Positions 27,135 to 37,419 of a stretch of 64,000 nucleotides of DNA are shown piece after piece. A program made the translations under genes and the position numbers. The stretch spans positions 64,001 to 128,000 of the forward strand of contig CAWHXD010000008.1 in NCBI GenBank assembly GCA_963833225.1, read 5' to 3'. This stretch comes from an uncultured Chloroflexia bacterium (GTDB lineage: Bacteria > Chloroflexota > Limnocylindria > Limnocylindrales > CSP1-4). The stretch's first letter is position 1. Every line of letters starts with the position of its first letter. The notes below the pieces were generated by a model. It did no database searches. It saw only the letters and a program-made list of their open reading frames with translations, and had not been told where the DNA came from.

Positions 27135-27523
27135 CCGAGTATCTCGACCTCGACGACCTCCTGGCCGCCGCCGAGGGCTCGCTCGGACATCCGGCCGACG
27201 TCCGCGACATCGGCCTGCTCGAGGCGGCGGCGTCACGTCCTCGGGCGACGGCGTTTGGCGAGGACGCCTACCCGGACCTTGACCGCAAGGCGGCCGCACT
27301 CCTCCATTCCATCGTCACGGGTCACCCGCTCGTCGACGGCAACAAGCGGCTTGGCTGGGTGGCGGTCCGGCTCTTCTACCGGCTCAACGACGCGGATGTC
27401 CACCCCACCGCCGACGACGCCTTCGACCTGGTGGTCGCCGTTGCCGCGGGCACGATGAACGACGTGCCGGCGATCGCCGGTCGGCTCCGGTCGTGGCGCG
27501 AGGGGCCCGTGGCGGAGGGCTGA
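27131..27523 (+). CDS. doc: Death-on-curing (Doc/Fic) family toxin
   Basis: VRDIGLLEAA, KAAALLHS, HPLVDGNKR. Confidence 0.9.
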   Translation: MTEYLDLDDLLAAAEGSLGHPADVRDIGLLEAAASRPRATAFGEDAYPDLDRKAAALLHSIVTGHPLVDGNKRLGWVAVRLFYRLNDADVHPTADDAFDLVVAVAAGTMNDVPAIAGRLRSWREGPVAEG

Positions 27524-27621
27524 CCGGTGCTGTCAGACGCTACGACTCGCGTCGTCGTGCAGCGCCATGCGCCGCTGGTCCCCTTGCGGCTGGCACTCGG
27601 CGCCTGTGGTGCGGTCGAGGG

Positions 27622-29985
27622 CTACGGGCGGACGACGAACCCGTCCACGTCGACCCGTGGACGGCCGGCCGTGCCGAGGACCCTGATCCGCACCGTCCGC
27701 TCCGCGGCGTGCTTGAAATTGGCGGTCCAGACGACGGTCCGATGCCGCAGCACCGGCGACCCGAGGTCGACCACGGCAACCAGGCGGCCGTCCACGAAGA
27801 CCTTGGCCTTGCCACGGGTCGGGCCGGTTGCCCCGACCCAGGAGATGGATCGGCCGGTGAATGTGGTGCGGATGGTCGAGCCGCGCGTGGTGGCGGAGCG
27901 GGCTGATCCACCCCACCACTCGGTCCCGGCATGGCGCCGCCACGAGCCGCGGTAGGCGAGCCGGCGACTCCCGTCCTGGATCTTTGCGAGGTTGAACGAC
28001 GAGCCTGTCTGGGCGCCGCCGACGTTGCCGGCCCGATCGACCGGACGGATGCGGAAGCGGTAGGCGTGGCCGACGCGGAGGGCTTCGGTGACGGAGGGAG
28101 ACGCTGACGTCCCGAGGGATGACCACGGGCCGCCGTCGGACGACAGCGACACGAGGTAGTGGTCGACGCCCGACAGGTCGTCGTCGCCCGACCATGTCGC
28201 CCGGACGGGCGCCACGGCGGATCCGGTGCCGTCACCGGTGACTGTCCGGGTGGCCGGTTCGGTGGCGCTGGGTGGCATCTGCTCCACCAGCCAGTCCCGG
28301 GTCGCCGGGGTGCGGTCGCCGAGCCCGCTGAGCGTGATGGCGCGCACGGACAGCACGTGGTCCGCGATGCTGCCGTGGACGAGCACGGGGGCCGTGCACG
28401 CGAACCAGTCCGAGAGGTCCACACGGCACTGGAAGGTGACGCCTGCGGCGGGCGACGAGAAGCCGTCCAGCATCGTCATGCCGACGTTGGACCAGATCGG
28501 GCTGTCGGTCATGGTTGTCTCGGGCCGCGGCCCGGGCACGACCTCGAGGTGGTAGGCGGCGTCGGCGGGCTCCACGGATGGATCGGTCGGACGGAACTCG
28601 GCGCGGTACGCGTGGCCGGCGGTCGCCTCCACGAGGTCGTGCAGGAGCGTGGACGTCGCCCCGTCGGGCGTCCCCTCGGCCAGCACCTCGTCGGTCATGT
28701 CATCGAGGATCTGGATGGTGCCGGTCGCCAGCGGACCGCCGGCCGCGAGGCGGGCGATGAGCGTAGCCGGCTCACCGATCGCCACGCCGTCATCGGTGAC
28801 CGTCGACAGGGTGAGCGTGGTCGCGGTCCCGACATCGACCTCGATCGGGTCGGCCGAGGCGCCCAGGAAGAAGCCGCTCGGCTCGAGCTGCGACGTGACC
28901 ACGTGATGCCCCGGCGGGAGCGTGACGGTGTAGGCGAACATCTGGCGAGCGGGATCCGCAAGCAGGACATCGGCCGGCCCGAAGGCCGCGACGCCATCCA
29001 CGAACAGGAGCGGCGCACCGGCCGGCGGGGTCACGGTCAGCTCAAACGTCGCGGGCGCTGGCCCGAAGGCCGGGATCGTGCCGGGCTGCAAGGCCAGGCT
29101 GGTCGACACGAACCCGGCGCCCACGAGCCGCAGGCGCCTCGCTCCGGCGGGCGTCGTGTCGGGCAGCCGCAGCTGGGCAACACGCGTCCCGGGTCCGGTG
29201 GGAGCGAACGCCACGGCGATGTCGCACGTAGCGCCCGAGGCGAGCGTCGCGCCCGAGCAGGTGTCGGCAGTGACCACGAAGTCCCCTGCCGCCGCCCCGT
29301 CGATCCCGATCGTCCCGAGCTCGGTCGACGCGGTCCCGACGCTGGTGAAGGTGACCGGCATCGCCACCGACTGGTCGCCGACCACGGCCGTCCCCATGGG
29401 GAGGATGTCGTCTGTCTGGAGCATCGCCGGCGTCGGCCGATCGTCGTGGTAGCGGATGGCGCCCGCCATGACCCCACCGAAGCACCGCAGGTCGAAGTCC
29501 GCGTCCACCCGCTCGAGCGTCCCGTCGGCCGCGAACGCGATCGACTGGATCGAGAACTCGCCGGACCCTGAGCAGTTGTTCCCCATTCCGGCCGAGATCG
29601 TCACGCAGGTCGGGCCGCAGGAGATCTCCTCGACAGGCTCCGGGACATCGTAGGTGCCGGGCACCACGGGCCCCGAGTCCTGCCAGTACGAGATTGTCCA
29701 GGTGCCGTCGCTGACCCAGAACCCGTTCGGAACCGGCGCACCGACAGGCAACGATCCGCCGGTGATCTGCCCCGTCTCGCTGGTCGTGAACGCGTGCCAC
29801 GGGGTCCCGGGCGGCAGGTGGATCCCGTACCCGATGTCTTGCGGGTCGAGGTCGACATAGAGCGAGCTGAAGTCGCTGGTCGTCGTGCCGAGGGCGGTGC
29901 CGGCGGGCGGCACGGTCGTAATCGCCAGGGCGATGACCAGGGCACCAATCGCCGAGCGCAGCAGCCGACCGGACACGGTTCGCAT
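27622..29985 (-). CDS. Secreted multidomain surface protein (Hydin/choice-of-anchor D-like, Ig, FN3-like, basic C-terminal beta domain)
   Basis: Signal peptide MRTVSGRLLRS; DTCSGATLASGATCDIAVAFAPT; YRFRIRPVDRAGN. Confidence 0.8.
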   Translation of the reverse strand: MRTVSGRLLRSAIGALVIALAITTVPPAGTALGTTTSDFSSLYVDLDPQDIGYGIHLPPGTPWHAFTTSETGQITGGSLPVGAPVPNGFWVSDGTWTISYWQDSGPVVPGTYDVPEPVEEISCGPTCVTISAGMGNNCSGSGEFSIQSIAFAADGTLERVDADFDLRCFGGVMAGAIRYHDDRPTPAMLQTDDILPMGTAVVGDQSVAMPVTFTSVGTASTELGTIGIDGAAAGDFVVTADTCSGATLASGATCDIAVAFAPTGPGTRVAQLRLPDTTPAGARRLRLVGAGFVSTSLALQPGTIPAFGPAPATFELTVTPPAGAPLLFVDGVAAFGPADVLLADPARQMFAYTVTLPPGHHVVTSQLEPSGFFLGASADPIEVDVGTATTLTLSTVTDDGVAIGEPATLIARLAAGGPLATGTIQILDDMTDEVLAEGTPDGATSTLLHDLVEATAGHAYRAEFRPTDPSVEPADAAYHLEVVPGPRPETTMTDSPIWSNVGMTMLDGFSSPAAGVTFQCRVDLSDWFACTAPVLVHGSIADHVLSVRAITLSGLGDRTPATRDWLVEQMPPSATEPATRTVTGDGTGSAVAPVRATWSGDDDLSGVDHYLVSLSSDGGPWSSLGTSASPSVTEALRVGHAYRFRIRPVDRAGNVGGAQTGSSFNLAKIQDGSRRLAYRGSWRRHAGTEWWGGSARSATTRGSTIRTTFTGRSISWVGATGPTRGKAKVFVDGRLVAVVDLGSPVLRHRTVVWTANFKHAAERTVRIRVLGTAGRPRVDVDGFVVRP

Positions 29986-30145
29986 TCCCCCACCCCTCTC
30001 GCGCAGGCCGCACGCGCAGGATCCGCGCCTTCGCCGCCGACAAACAACACATACCGGGGCGCCCGTCCGTTCGTCAAGGGCCGCCATTCCCCTGCGTGTC
30101 CGGGCAACGGGCCAATCATCGCGCAGCTGGCAACGCGCACACGTC

Positions 30146-33100
30146 CTAGCGAAGGATGGCGAACGCATCGATGTCCACGCGCTTGGAGGTGCTGGCCGAT
30201 CGCTTCGTTCCTGTGACCACGATCCTGATGCGATGGGTTTCGGTCGCCCCCCAGGTCCGCGACCACACGATCCTCGCCGGATGCTTGCTGGATGCGTAGA
30301 GGTCGACCGTCGCCACCTTGCGGCCATCGAGCCACACCTGGACTTTGCCGCGCGCGGGTCCCCGCGTGGAGACGAAGGCCACGCCGCGGGCCGTGACCTT
30401 GATCGACGCCGAACGGCCGGCCTTGCCGGTGTAGCGCACGGCGCCGCCCGCCGCGCCTGCCAGGGCCGCCGCCTTGAACCGCCCCGAGTAGGCGACCGCC
30501 GACGACCGCTCCCCGATGAGCTTGACCCTGATCGTCGAAGCGACGTGCCACGGCCCGACGTTCCCCGCGCGGTCGATCGGCCGCACGCGGAATCGATAGT
30601 TGCCGGGCGTGAGCGCCAGCGTGGTCGAGGCCAGGGTGTCGTCCGCGAGTCCCACGGGGGCATAGGCGGTCGCCCCCGGGCCGAGCATCGAGAGCTCGTA
30701 GTGCAGGGCCCCCGGCTGGCCATCCGCGGCCGCCGCCCAGGCAACCCGGATCGGAACCGTCGACGCGGCGGTCGATGCGCGCAGCGTCACGACAGGGGCT
30801 CCCCCACCGTACGGTGGGAGCGTGTCGAGGATCGTGCGGGGTGCGGCGGGGACCGACACGTTGCCGGCGGCGTCGCGGCTCCACACGTAGACGCGACGCG
30901 GCCCGTCCGAGCCTGTCAGGGTCACCGTCGTGGGCTTCTCGTCAACCCAGCGCGGGTCGGTGGCCGTGGGCGACAGCGGAACGTCCGAAACCAGCCACCC
31001 GGACACGCCCGTCCCCTCGTCGGACCCGGACACGGCGATGGGCACCTCTATCGAGCTGGTGACCTCGGGGAGTGTCGCACCGGCGGCCGGCGGCGTGGTG
31101 TCGATCCGGGTCACCGACAGGGCCGTCGGCGACCAGTCGCCGCGGACATCGCGGACGAAGCCATGGAGCTCGCGCTCGTCGTCGCCCGCCTGGAGGGTGA
31201 ACGTCGCCGGCTGCGGGTTGGCGGGATCCCACCACCCCGGGCCGGGCGAGAGCTCGGACTCATCGACGTACCAGCCGGCGATGTCAGTTGCGCCACTCAC
31301 GACCGTCAGGATGACCGGGACCTCGAGCGTCCCGGCCACGGCCGGGGTCTCCAGCGTCACCTCGAGGCGTGGAGTGGTCCGCCACGCAACGGCGACCGGC
31401 GTTGCGGCGTAGGGCCAGGATCCGTCGCCCATCCGGCTGCCGCTTCCCCAGCACCTGACCTCCCCGTCGGTGGTCTGGACGCAGGTGGAGAGCTCAGCGG
31501 TCACGTGCGTCGCCGTGATCCCTGGGACGACCACCGGTGTTGGCCGGGTCAGCGTGGTGCCGTCCCCGACCTCGCCGCTGCTGTTCACCCCCCAGCACCG
31601 GAGGGTGCCGTCCACGGACACGGCACACGCGTGGGTGGCACCGATGACGACATCGACAGCGTCGTCGATCCCGGACACGGCGACCGGCACCTGGTGCCAT
31701 GCCTGCGAGCCGTTGCCGAGCTGCCAGTTCTCAGCGTAGCCCCAGCAGCGGATCGACCCGTCGGCGAGGGCGGCACAGGACGTGCGTCCGAAGGAGGAGA
31801 CGTCGATCGCCGTCGTGATGCCGCTCACCGGGGCCGGCAGGGTCTGGTCGCCGGTCTGCTCGCGGCCCAGCTGCAGGCTGCCGTTGTCGCCCCAGCACTC
31901 GATCCCACCGGCGGCGAGCCGCGCGCACGAGACATGGTCCGAGAGGGCCAGCTGCGCGACGCCGGTCAGGCCTGTGACCGCTCCGGGTGGCAGCACGTCA
32001 TAGCTCGTCGAGCCGTTGCCCAGCTCGCCGTACACGTTGTCTCCCCAGCAGGTCACGCTGGTGTCGGCCAGGATCGCGCAGGCATGTGATGCGCCCACCT
32101 GGACGTCCACCGCCGAGTCGATGCCCGGGACCATGATCGGAATCGCGCTGGCTGGGCCAGGGGCGCCCAGGGTGCCGCGGGGATTGAACCCCCAGCACCA
32201 CACGGTGCCGTCCGCGCGCACGACGCACGCCGACGCGCCGTTCGACGCGAGGGCCACGGCGTCGTCGATCCCGATCACAGCGACAGGGACCGGAGAGCCG
32301 GTGCGGACCGTGCCATCGCCGAGCTGGCCCGCCCAACCCGGTCCCCAGCAGCGGACCCTTCCGTCCGGGACGAGCGCACATGCCCCATGCTCGGCAGGGA
32401 TGGCTCCGGTCTGCAGGCCTGCCGGCGCCACCGGTGATAGCGTCCGTGCCGTGGATGACCCCAGCATCCCGGACTCCCCGTCGCCCCAGCAGCGCAGGCC
32501 ATCGGCCACCAGCGCGCAGGTGTTCTGACCGCCCGCGTCGACGGCAATGGCCCCATCCACCGGGGGCGTGACCGGGGCCGCCGGCGACACTGTCGTGCTG
32601 TCACCAAGCTGGCCCACGGAATTGTCGCCCCAGCAGCGGATGGTCGCGTCCACAAGGCGGGCACAGCCGTGGGCGGTGGCGAGCGTGACGGCGACGGCAT
32701 CATCAAGCCCGGCAACCAGGACCGGTGTGGGGCTGTCGGTCATCGTGCCGTCGCCCAGCCTGCCACCGGTGTTCTCGCCCCAGCAGCGCACCGTGCCGTC
32801 AGCCAGCACGGCGCAGGTGGCCGTCCCGTCCGCCGCGATGGCCACCGCGTCCGCGATCCCGGCAACGGTCACGAGCGTTGCCGAATCGTCGGTGCTGCCA
32901 TCGCCGAGCTGACCCTTCCAGTTGGCGCCCCAGCACCGCACGGTCCCGTCCTCGATCAGGGCGCAGGCGTGCCAGCTCCCCGAGGCGATCGCGGTGACGT
33001 CGGCCAGTCCCGCCACCGGTGTCGCAGGCCCGGCAGGCCCGCCCATCAGGCTTCCCCAGCAGGTGACGGTCCCGTCGTCAGCCAGCGCACAGGAGTGACC

Positions 33101-35194
33101 CGCGCCGGAGGACACCGCGACGGCGTCGACCACGCCCGGGACCGGCTGCGGCGCGTTCCAGGCGAATGCCTCGGAGCGGGGCGCCTGTCCCTTGTCGTTC
33201 GCGCCCCAGCACCACGCCGTGCCGTCGGCAAGCGCTGCGCACCCGTGGGTCAGACCCACCGCCACGTCGACAGCTGGGGCACCCATCTCCCCGACCGATC
33301 CAGGGGAGTCTGTCGCGCTCGTGCCGTGGAAGCCCAACATCTGGTCAGCCGTGGTGCCCCAGCACTCGACCACCCCGTCAGCCGCGATGGCACAGACGTT
33401 CGAAGCCCCCACGGAGACGTCGACCGGAAGCACGTCGTCGGGTGTGAACGCCGGTCCAACCATCACCTGTCCCACCGCCACCAGGCTGTCGGTCGCGGTA
33501 TCGCGGATGGTCACGGTCTGCTCCCCTGCAGTATGCAGCGTGACCGGGAACCGCCACGTCCCGGCGTCGTCCTCGGTCAGCTCGTGGTCAGAGGGCAGCT
33601 CGGCGTCAGGGTCTGAGCTCATGACGTGCAGCGTCCCGCGGTACTGCGGCGCGAGGGCACCGTGGGCATCGAGGGCCTCGACGGTCACCGTGCCCGGCGT
33701 CCCGGTTCGCTCAAGCGCGGCGAACCCACCGGCGAAGAGTTGGACGACCGGCTCCGGATCGGTCGATGGCGTTCCCTGCACCAGGATCGGCGCCTCCGCA
33801 GGGAGGATCCACGGCTCGACACCCGAGTAGTCCGCGCGCAGCAGGTGCAGCCCGGGCAGGTTCATCCGTTGCAGGCTCACGGACAGCTGGCGGCCCCCTC
33901 CAGTCTGCGCCTCACCGAGGACGGTGCCAGTGGTTTCGTCGGTGATCGTCAGCGTGCCGCCCGGGGGGAAGGCGAAGCCCGTCGTGTTGACGATGGCGAA
34001 GACGTCGAGCACGCCCGGGGGCTGGTTGAAGCTCGGGTACACCGTCCAGTAGATCGAGGAGGTCGCGTACGAGACCTGCGTGATGACGTTGGACGCCGAC
34101 GGCGCGTAGCCTTCCGTGCCGAGGTACTCGGCGGCCACGGTGAACTCGCCCGCGCGGTTGGTCTCGTACGTCGTGGATCCGGGGAAAGGAACGGGTGGCC
34201 CGATGGGAGACGGGGCCGGCGCTCTTCCGTTGATCAGCCAACGGACGTCGACCCTGCCCGGTGGCTCAGGGGTGATGACCGCCGTGAACGTGACGGGGTT
34301 CCCGATGACGGCCGGATTCCGGTCCGTGGCGATGGTGATGGAGGTCGGACGCGTGATTGGCGCGGCGAGCTCCATCGATCGGTACCCTGCCGGTGAGTCG
34401 AGCGGGACGACCAGGCGTGCCGTTCGTTCGACCTGGGGGCCGTCAGTGGGCGCGAACCGCAGGGTCAGGCTGCACGTCGCCCCTGGCGATAGCGCCGCAC
34501 CGGCACAGGCATCACTTAGGATGCTGATCTCCCGGGCGGCATCGCCCTCCACCCGCGTTGCCCCCGGATGCACGACCCCGGGACCCACGCCCGTGACCGT
34601 GACCGAAATCTCAGCTGCCTCGCCGGCGAGCGTGCGCGGGAACGCGGCCTGCCCGGGAGCCGAGGCGAGCGAGGCGACCGGGTAGTCGCTGTGGTACCGC
34701 AGCTGGTACCAGACCGGTGGCTCGACGCCGCACCAGAAGTCGACAGCCAGGCTCGCGAGCGCCTCGCCGTCCCAGGCGATCTCGTGGATCGTGAACCCTC
34801 GCGACGGCGCCTCGCGGCACTCGGAGTCCACGCCCAGGCGGGCCGCGTCCGCGGGGCCAAACTCGTTGCCCACGCCCGTGTAGGTGCCGGCGTGGAGCGC
34901 CTCGCCGGCCGGTGCGATCAGCGTCACCGAGCGGTATCCATCCTGGGTGCTGCCTACGGTGAACCCGACCCAGGCCCCGCCCTCGTTGGGCGCTGATTCG
35001 AAGGACGGGGCGCTGAAGACGGTCGCCTCCGGCTGCGCGTTGTTCCAGGCGAGGGCCGGGCGCTCGATGGTGAACACGACGTCGGGGGGCTCCGCCGCGT
35101 GCGCGTGGGGCGCGAGCGCCGGTGTCGTCGACGTCGCCGCGCCCAGCACAGCGACCAGCATCGCAGCCAGCCTTCGCGTCGTGCCCATCGCCAC
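30146..35194 (-). CDS. Large secreted RCC1-repeat protein with Ig/FN3-like domains
   Basis: Many HxCA(L/I)xxDGTVxCWG-N-xxGQLG repeats; signal peptide; C-terminal module shared with the neighbouring gene. Confidence 0.88.
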   Translation of the reverse strand: MAMGTTRRLAAMLVAVLGAATSTTPALAPHAHAAEPPDVVFTIERPALAWNNAQPEATVFSAPSFESAPNEGGAWVGFTVGSTQDGYRSVTLIAPAGEALHAGTYTGVGNEFGPADAARLGVDSECREAPSRGFTIHEIAWDGEALASLAVDFWCGVEPPVWYQLRYHSDYPVASLASAPGQAAFPRTLAGEAAEISVTVTGVGPGVVHPGATRVEGDAAREISILSDACAGAALSPGATCSLTLRFAPTDGPQVERTARLVVPLDSPAGYRSMELAAPITRPTSITIATDRNPAVIGNPVTFTAVITPEPPGRVDVRWLINGRAPAPSPIGPPVPFPGSTTYETNRAGEFTVAAEYLGTEGYAPSASNVITQVSYATSSIYWTVYPSFNQPPGVLDVFAIVNTTGFAFPPGGTLTITDETTGTVLGEAQTGGGRQLSVSLQRMNLPGLHLLRADYSGVEPWILPAEAPILVQGTPSTDPEPVVQLFAGGFAALERTGTPGTVTVEALDAHGALAPQYRGTLHVMSSDPDAELPSDHELTEDDAGTWRFPVTLHTAGEQTVTIRDTATDSLVAVGQVMVGPAFTPDDVLPVDVSVGASNVCAIAADGVVECWGTTADQMLGFHGTSATDSPGSVGEMGAPAVDVAVGLTHGCAALADGTAWCWGANDKGQAPRSEAFAWNAPQPVPGVVDAVAVSSGAGHSCALADDGTVTCWGSLMGGPAGPATPVAGLADVTAIASGSWHACALIEDGTVRCWGANWKGQLGDGSTDDSATLVTVAGIADAVAIAADGTATCAVLADGTVRCWGENTGGRLGDGTMTDSPTPVLVAGLDDAVAVTLATAHGCARLVDATIRCWGDNSVGQLGDSTTVSPAAPVTPPVDGAIAVDAGGQNTCALVADGLRCWGDGESGMLGSSTARTLSPVAPAGLQTGAIPAEHGACALVPDGRVRCWGPGWAGQLGDGTVRTGSPVPVAVIGIDDAVALASNGASACVVRADGTVWCWGFNPRGTLGAPGPASAIPIMVPGIDSAVDVQVGASHACAILADTSVTCWGDNVYGELGNGSTSYDVLPPGAVTGLTGVAQLALSDHVSCARLAAGGIECWGDNGSLQLGREQTGDQTLPAPVSGITTAIDVSSFGRTSCAALADGSIRCWGYAENWQLGNGSQAWHQVPVAVSGIDDAVDVVIGATHACAVSVDGTLRCWGVNSSGEVGDGTTLTRPTPVVVPGITATHVTAELSTCVQTTDGEVRCWGSGSRMGDGSWPYAATPVAVAWRTTPRLEVTLETPAVAGTLEVPVILTVVSGATDIAGWYVDESELSPGPGWWDPANPQPATFTLQAGDDERELHGFVRDVRGDWSPTALSVTRIDTTPPAAGATLPEVTSSIEVPIAVSGSDEGTGVSGWLVSDVPLSPTATDPRWVDEKPTTVTLTGSDGPRRVYVWSRDAAGNVSVPAAPRTILDTLPPYGGGAPVVTLRASTAASTVPIRVAWAAAADGQPGALHYELSMLGPGATAYAPVGLADDTLASTTLALTPGNYRFRVRPIDRAGNVGPWHVASTIRVKLIGERSSAVAYSGRFKAAALAGAAGGAVRYTGKAGRSASIKVTARGVAFVSTRGPARGKVQVWLDGRKVATVDLYASSKHPARIVWSRTWGATETHRIRIVVTGTKRSASTSKRVDIDAFAILR

Positions 35195-35439
35195 GTTTCC
35201 CCCTCAGTTCAAAACGCGGCTGATCCGCGGCAGCGAGCGTTGGCGATCAGCGCCCGGTGTCGCTAGAGCCGAATGGCCCGCGACGCGGCGCCGGCCGGGC
35301 ACCCGTTCGCTCGCAGTGCCCTGGACCTCACCGGGGGTGGTGCTCCCAGGCAACAATTCGTGGATCGCGGCGATGAAACGACGTCCCTCCACGCGCGGCT
35401 CGCGGCCCGGTATCGGGAACGTATGGTATGGTATATGGC

Positions 35440-35661
35440 ATGGAGAAGACCACCGTCTACCTGACCGACGCCCAGAAGCGCGCGCTGGGGACGGCGGCGA
35501 AGGCCTCCGGTCGAAGCGAAGCCGAGCTCATCCGGGAGGGCGTTGAGCTCGTTGCCGCACAGCACCGGGCCGCAGAGCCGGTCCTTCCCCTGTTCGAGAG
35601 CGGCCACCCCGATCTCGCAACGCACGTGGACGACGAGCTCGCGGGCTTTGGTGAGCGGTGA
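35440..35661 (+). CDS. vapB: RHH antitoxin
   Basis: MEKTTVYL...GRSEAELIREG, ending ELAGFGER; TG-G-TATGGT 7 nt upstream (leaderless layout). Confidence 0.88.
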   Translation: MEKTTVYLTDAQKRALGTAAKASGRSEAELIREGVELVAAQHRAAEPVLPLFESGHPDLATHVDDELAGFGER

Positions 35662-36077
35662 TCATCCTCGACACGAGCGGTTTCCTGGCGGCAATCGACG
35701 GCAGCCAGCGGGCGCATCGCGAGGCGGCCGAGGCTCTGCGGGGGTCCGGCGGCCCGTTCCTCCTCTCCCCGTTCGTCTTGGCGGAGCTGGACTACCTGCT
35801 GTCGGTGCGGGTGTCGGCTTCCGCGGCGGCCGCCCTCCTCGGGCAGGTGGCGGCGGGGGCGTACCGCCTCGAGCCGATGGATGCGGACGACATCGCCCAC
35901 GCGGCCGAGGTCATCGAGCGCTACCGGGATCTGCAGCTCGGGCTGGCCGATGCGTCGCTCGTGGTGCTGGCTGAGCGCTACCAGACATCGGACATCCTGA
36001 CCCTCGACGAGCGCCACTTCCGGGCCGTGGCCGGCCCGCGAGGCCGGCCGTTCCGGATCCTGCCGGCCGACGCCTGA
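35658..36077 (+). CDS. vapC: VapC PIN-domain toxin
   Basis: IILDTSG, LAELDYL, LADASL, LTLDERHF. Confidence 0.92.
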   Translation: MIILDTSGFLAAIDGSQRAHREAAEALRGSGGPFLLSPFVLAELDYLLSVRVSASAAAALLGQVAAGAYRLEPMDADDIAHAAEVIERYRDLQLGLADASLVVLAERYQTSDILTLDERHFRAVAGPRGRPFRILPADA

Positions 36078-36217
36078 GCGTCAGTGCGAGGAACCAGAGA
36101 CCCGTCGGTCACCACCTTCATTCGAAGCATCGCGCCCGGAGGTCGCTGTCAAGTGGGCGGCCGTCGCCCGTGCGGCAGGAGGGGTTGTGGGGATGGCCTC
36201 CATGGTCCGGCAATACC

Positions 36218-36258
36218 TTGACATGTTACCGCCAGCGGTAATACTTGAGGCTATTACC
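36218..36258 (+). promoter_or_regulatory. fic promoter with overlapping operator palindromes
   Basis: TTGACA 36218-36223; TTACCGC/GCGGTAA (36226-36241) and GGTAATA/TATTACC (36237-36258). Confidence 0.6.
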
Positions 36259-36262
36259 GGAG

Positions 36263-37363
36263 ATGCCCATGCGATACCGGTTGCGCGGACGAGCACTCAC
36301 CAAGCCCCTTGCCGACCTCGACCAGCGGCGCTGGCTGTTCGACAACCTGCCGATCGATCCCACCCACGCGGAGTGGATGCGTCGCCGTGCCTGGGTGCGG
36401 ACAATCCACGGCACAGCGCGAATCGAGGGCAACACCGCCAACGACATCGAGGTCGAGGCCCTGCTCGCCGGCGAGGGCTCGACGAAGGTGAGCGAGCGCG
36501 AGGCTCGCGAGATCATCGGCACGCGGGATGCGCTGACGCTCGCAGACGAACTGGCCGCGAGGCGCGTCACTCCGGACGAGGCCGTCATCAGGGAACTGCA
36601 CCGACGGGTGCTCTGGAACCAGAGCCCGCTGCTTACGCCCGGGGAGTATCGCCGCGGCGAGAACCGCGTCGTTGACGCTGCCGGGGGCCCGATCTTCAGT
36701 ACGCCCCCCTCTGGGGACGTCCCCGAACTCATGCGTGGGTTTGCCGCCTGGCTTGCGACCGCGGCGAAGCGTCACACTCCTCCTGTCGTCGCGGGCCTGG
36801 CGCACCTCGAGTTCGTCGCGATCCACCCGTTCAACGACGGCAATGGGCGAACGGCCCGTGCGATCGCCCGCATGATCCTCGTGCGCCACGGGTATGCCCT
36901 CGGCGGGCTCGTCTCGCTCGACGCCCAGCTCGATCTGGACCGATCCGCCTACTTCGCGGCCATCCGCGACGCGGTCGGGCAGGACTACGTGCCGGGGTAT
37001 GACGCCACGCTCTTCGCCCGCTACTTCGTGACGTCGATCACCCGCTCCGCCGATCACGTCCTGGCCAGGCTCCGGGGCCTCGGCGACGTCATGGTCGAGA
37101 TTCGCCGGTCCATTGCCGACGGGTCGCTTCCGCCCGCGATGATCGACGGGCTCGCATACGCGTGGGTCAATCGCCACCTGCGCGCCGGGGACTACATCCG
37201 CCTCACGGGCCGGTCGGCGCAGAACACGACGCGCGACCTCGGGGTCGCGGTGAAGCACGGCTGGCTGCGCGCGACTGGTGAGAAGCGGGGTCGCTACTAC
37301 GTGTTGGGGCCGGCGCTGCTCAAGACGCCTGCGCAGGGCGAGATCGTGTCACCCTCCGCGTAG
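36263..37363 (+). CDS. Fic-family protein (class II) with C-terminal winged-helix-like region
   Basis: Canonical HPFNDGNGRTAR; N-terminal inhibitory TARIEG motif. Confidence 0.88.
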   Translation: MPMRYRLRGRALTKPLADLDQRRWLFDNLPIDPTHAEWMRRRAWVRTIHGTARIEGNTANDIEVEALLAGEGSTKVSEREAREIIGTRDALTLADELAARRVTPDEAVIRELHRRVLWNQSPLLTPGEYRRGENRVVDAAGGPIFSTPPSGDVPELMRGFAAWLATAAKRHTPPVVAGLAHLEFVAIHPFNDGNGRTARAIARMILVRHGYALGGLVSLDAQLDLDRSAYFAAIRDAVGQDYVPGYDATLFARYFVTSITRSADHVLARLRGLGDVMVEIRRSIADGSLPPAMIDGLAYAWVNRHLRAGDYIRLTGRSAQNTTRDLGVAVKHGWLRATGEKRGRYYVLGPALLKTPAQGEIVSPSA

Positions 37364-37419
37364 ACGGTTGGCCCACAACACCGACCTTCCTTGACGCACA
37401 AGGGCCGTCGCAGGCCCTG

